In this document: positions 26,472 to 29,393 of the stretch, piece after piece
How positions within the stretch are numbered: the stretch's first letter is position 1
Layout of the letters: every line of letters starts with the position of its first letter
Source of the DNA: Bdellovibrionota bacterium
GTDB lineage: Bacteria > Bdellovibrionota_C > UBA2361 > OMII01
Assembly (NCBI GenBank): GCA_044356215.1
Contig: JBIKWQ010000043.1
Span: 1 to 29,393 of the forward strand
Direction: 5' to 3'
DNA length: 29,393 bases
Translations under genes and position numbers: made by a program
The notes under the pieces: generated by a model
Seen by the model: the letters and a program-made list of their open reading frames with translations, nothing else
Database searches by the model: none
What the model was told of the DNA's origin: nothing

Positions 26472-27260
26472 CTAGCAAAGCTTTTTTAGGTTTTTTGCAA
26501 ATGCTTTAACGTCGACCGTACTTTCATCCAGAGGATCCACCAAATGTTTAGTGACAAGTTCGTTATCTACCATGTACTCCAATTCCCCTCCGAAGAATTG
26601 GGCCCATTCGATCAGACTACTCTTTGTAGCTCCCTCAGAAGTGGCGACTGCCTCTATTATTCCCTTTAGCCTCGCCACCGTCCAGGCTGCCTCTTCTGGG
26701 CTGGACTTTAGGGCCGCTTGGTAAATCTCGTGAAGCATCGCCCTATATGGAGCTGCAGCAAGAATCCACAGCCGCAGAGCCGAATGAGGTTTAAGCAGTT
26801 CTTTCCGTTGCTCCGTTATTAGATCTTTAAGAGCGGCAGTGACTTCACTGCTGTCCAAAACGCTTAATGTGGCCCCAAACATGGGTGCCAATTGTTCGAT
26901 GGTCAGTTTTGATCCATCTCTAAATTCGCCTAAAATCCTCCGAAAACTAGCTGACTCTTGTTCCCCCATGATTCTTCCCCCTGCGAGTATGGCCCCAGCA
27001 AAAGTCTTGACGGAAACGTTACGACTGGCAGCCTCCCTTGCCCCGCCATTTAAAAGAGCCGCTACCTGATCAGCCGTTGCCTCTATGACAGAAGAACCGC
27101 TCTGGTGTCCCATCAGATGGAGCGGCTCGCCTGGCTCTCTATCAGGAAAAACTAATTTACCGCGCTTTATCAGAATTAAATCTCGTGCCGTGGTCGAGTT
27201 GACGATAGCTGCATGACATTCTGTAGGTAAAACGTTTTCAACTCTTGTTGAGGTCCCCAT
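26472..27260 (-). CDS. Hypothetical protein (262 aa)
   Basis: GAGGAG RBS 8 nt before ATG 27260. Globular helical composition. Confidence 0.75.
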   Translation of the reverse strand: MGTSTRVENVLPTECHAAIVNSTTARDLILIKRGKLVFPDREPGEPLHLMGHQSGSSVIEATADQVAALLNGGAREAASRNVSVKTFAGAILAGGRIMGEQESASFRRILGEFRDGSKLTIEQLAPMFGATLSVLDSSEVTAALKDLITEQRKELLKPHSALRLWILAAAPYRAMLHEIYQAALKSSPEEAAWTVARLKGIIEAVATSEGATKSSLIEWAQFFGGELEYMVDNELVTKHLVDPLDESTVDVKAFAKNLKKLC

Positions 27261-27339
27261 GATACTACTCCTCATTGAATGGCTGTTGAGCCTGTCAGAT
27301 TTAGTGTTGGTCAAAACAATAGCGGAAGAATGCACTTAG

Positions 27340-27354
27340 TGCAACTAGGTTGCG
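27340..27354. promoter_or_regulatory. Zur-like operator 2
   Basis: TGCAACTAGGTTGCG, 14/15 identical to operator 1, with shared nTAAG flank and an equivalently placed -10 (TAACTT, minus strand). Confidence 0.7.
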
Positions 27355-27556
27355 ATAAGTTATTGTGGAAGTTTATTAGAAGAGGCATTCCAAGTATGTA
27401 CTACCTGGTACATGGTAGAGTTTAAGTATAATGATTTGAGTCAGTTCCGTCCGTTAATTTGCCCCTGTGAAAATACCGACAACAACACCCTCAGTTCTTG
27501 TCTCGCCTCTCCCGAGATAGTTACCGACAATGCAGGAACGTGGTAGAATGCTAGAG

Positions 27557-28102
27557 ATGAGGGAGAAAGTTACACCAGAGCGGTTGCGAATATTCATGCG
27601 GGAGATCTCCAGACGTACCCAGGGGGAGGGATGTGTGTATTTTACAGGGGGCTCAACTGCTCTCTTGTTAGGCCTCCGTGAGCAAACAATCGATGTTGAT
27701 ATAAAAGTAGATCCTGAGCCTAGGGGTATCTTTGAAGCCATTGCCAATCTTAAGAATGAACTCAGCCTTAACGTTGAGCTTGCGTCACCTGATGATTTCA
27801 TTCCCGCTCCGCCCGCGTGGCAGGACCTGGCGACGCCGATCGAGAAGATAGGGAGCATCTCATTTTTTCATTATGATTTATGCATGCAAGCCTTAGCGAA
27901 AATAGAGCGTGGATTCAGTCAGGATTTAGCCGACGCACGCGGGCTTGTTGAGAAAAAATTTATAAGCATAGAAAATTTAAAGAAAAGATTCGCCCAGATT
28001 GAGGGCCGATTTATTCGATATCCTGTTATCAACCCCGATGAATTCAAAGCAAAGCTCGAGGCTTTTATTTCCTCTTTTAGCGAGGAGCTCCATGACCAGT
28101 AA
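27557..28102 (+). CDS. DUF6036-like nucleotidyltransferase
   Basis: YFTGGST..LLG.R..TIDVDI (GG..DxD NTase motif), KIERG...DL.D. Start placed at ATG 27557. Confidence 0.75.
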   Translation: MREKVTPERLRIFMREISRRTQGEGCVYFTGGSTALLLGLREQTIDVDIKVDPEPRGIFEAIANLKNELSLNVELASPDDFIPAPPAWQDLATPIEKIGSISFFHYDLCMQALAKIERGFSQDLADARGLVEKKFISIENLKKRFAQIEGRFIRYPVINPDEFKAKLEAFISSFSEELHDQ

Positions 28103-28409
28103 AGAGGTGCTAGATCCCAAGATTCCTGGCAGCGATATTGTAGCTAAAGGATTGGAGGATATTAAAAGCCAGAGAATCACGGCATATTCTCTCTTACTGC
28201 AAGTCGCGGCGCCTCGTCTTAGGCGTCTCGATATAGAAATTCCTAGCCTCCCGGGCCTCAAGAATCCGGAGGATGTCCCTTACGAGCATCAGCTCTACGA
28301 GCTAATAAAGGGCGCTGGTGGACACGGACTATACAACGCCCTGTGTAGCCGAATCGCGAGTTTCGCGTCTTCGTTGGAGGCGCGTAAGTCGCGCACCGAA
28401 AAGAGTTAA
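28092..28409 (+). CDS. Small helical partner protein of the nucleotidyltransferase
   Basis: GAGGAG RBS, ATG 28092 overlapping the NTase 3' end, 105 aa. Confidence 0.7.
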   Translation: MTSKEVLDPKIPGSDIVAKGLEDIKSQRITAYSLLLQVAAPRLRRLDIEIPSLPGLKNPEDVPYEHQLYELIKGAGGHGLYNALCSRIASFASSLEARKSRTEKS

Positions 28410-28448
28410 GGACCCGATATCTTCTCCGTTGAATTGTTGTCCAATGCG

Positions 28449-28892
28449 CTACTCGTAATAGGCACCCTTTGCCTTACCGCTTATGTACTGAAATCCAAAT
28501 GCTATGCGCGGTGCATGGCCATCTGATAACGGCGGTAGCGCTCCTTCGGGAAACCAACCAATCTCAGTGGTTTCATCAGATGGTGATGGATTACCGGTGA
28601 CAATTTCTGCGTGAAACAACAAATGTATAAACTGATTGTCTTTCCAAGGGTAATTTATGTATTCGTATCGCAGGGAACTCCAAACCCCGAGAAGCTCTCT
28701 TATCTGTACAACGTACCCAGATTCCTCCTGGCATTCACGTATAGCGCATTCTTGTGGAGTTTCTCCAAGGTTTTGGCAGCCACCGGGCAGCGCCCAAAAC
28801 CCATTATCTGAACGGCGAATCAACAAGACTTGATTCTTCGAATCGGTGACAAAAACATCGCAACCACAAAATGGAGTGACTGGTTTAGGCAT
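28449..28892 (-). CDS. Nudix hydrolase
   Basis: Nudix box GGCQNLGETPQECAIRECQEESG. Confidence 0.92.
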   Translation of the reverse strand: MPKPVTPFCGCDVFVTDSKNQVLLIRRSDNGFWALPGGCQNLGETPQECAIRECQEESGYVVQIRELLGVWSSLRYEYINYPWKDNQFIHLLFHAEIVTGNPSPSDETTEIGWFPEGALPPLSDGHAPRIAFGFQYISGKAKGAYYE

Positions 28893-28983
28893 ATTGATTT
28901 AGCAGTACCACGTTTAAATGAATTCAGCAAAGTACCTTCGGTAATCCTCTTCAAGGGAACTAGCTAACGAATCAACAACCCAA

Positions 28984-29393
28984 GGATAGGAAAACCAATC
29001 ACTTTTTTGTAAGTAGTTGACGTGCGGTAGTGGGCCGATGATGTTTCTGGCGCGATTGACCAAAGTCGGGCCGAGATGCGTGGTTAGTGACGCCACGCTG
29101 GGTTTTCTAGAGTCCAGGCGGAGCGGGCAAGAGCGACCTAAGTCGCGAAAAATAGCATTTCACATACATCCCACCTGCTCCGTCTCTGTGGAAGCGGATT
29201 TTAGAAGTCATCAGGCGCGGGCTCAAATGAGTCGTAGGAGGGTAGTTCATCGAGAGCCTCGGTGGTGTCGATGAACGTAGGGATCGGTGGAGGCGCTCTA
29301 AAGTCAGCGATCCCCTGCGACTTCATGATGTCCTTGATTGAGTGTTCGTCTTGAATGAAGGCGATGATACGCATCTGTGCTTTGCATTTGGGG
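28984..29393 (-). mobile_element. IS91/ISCR-like rolling-circle element, oriIS end (partial)
   Basis: Transposase C-terminus followed about 200 nt later by GATTGGTTTTCCTATCC on the minus strand, resembling ISCR oriIS ends. Confidence 0.65.
29201..29392 (-). CDS. IS91-family (Y2) transposase, C-terminal 63 aa (truncated by window end)
   Basis: PKCKAQMRIIAFIQDEHSIKDIM..G...RAPPP...DDF*, typical of the C-tail of IS91-like transposases. Absent from the ORF track. Confidence 0.75.
   Translation of the reverse strand, partial: PKCKAQMRIIAFIQDEHSIKDIMKSQGIADFRAPPPIPTFIDTTEALDELPSYDSFEPAPDDF

Noticed and set aside
27441..27530. Short repeats TCAGTTC and TACCGACAA, each twice at ~50-bp spacing
   Set aside because: Too short, and the intervening sequence does not align. 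Compatible with chance.
27999..28091. Longer N-termini given in the ORF track (27999, 889, 3281, 27335, 27530)
   Set aside because: Downstream ATGs have better RBS, promoter or signal-peptide context.

Overview
Bacterial chromosomal segment of roughly 50% GC. The IHF/HU, Asd and Zur-box features look deltaproteobacteria/Bdellovibrionota-like (inference). Housekeeping genes (galM, miaB, a TrmH-family methylase, ihfB, asd-truA) are interspersed with accessory genes: two AAA-ATPase/PD-(D/E)XK fusions plus a remnant of a third, a broken HigBA pair, a DUF6036-like nucleotidyltransferase pair, peptidases, a GNAT and a Nudix. The window starts inside a repeat and ends inside an IS91/ISCR-like element. 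Three structures stand out. (1) A dispersed ~160-bp nested-palindrome MITE-like family has 4 copies and a fragment, with 13-bp outer TIRs and inner arms built from three 9-bp units. (2) An unrelated ~185-bp foldback element sits where the higB toxin gene should be. (3) A probable zinc-starvation regulon has near-identical TGCAAC-N3-GTTGCG boxes upstream of both a COG0523 metallochaperone operon and an orphan two-gene operon encoding a 764-aa disordered protein with a His/Cys motif, with a Fur/Zur gene between them. Candidate operators, leaderless promoters and a structured ihfB leader are also visible. All calls come from reading the sequence; no database searches were run.
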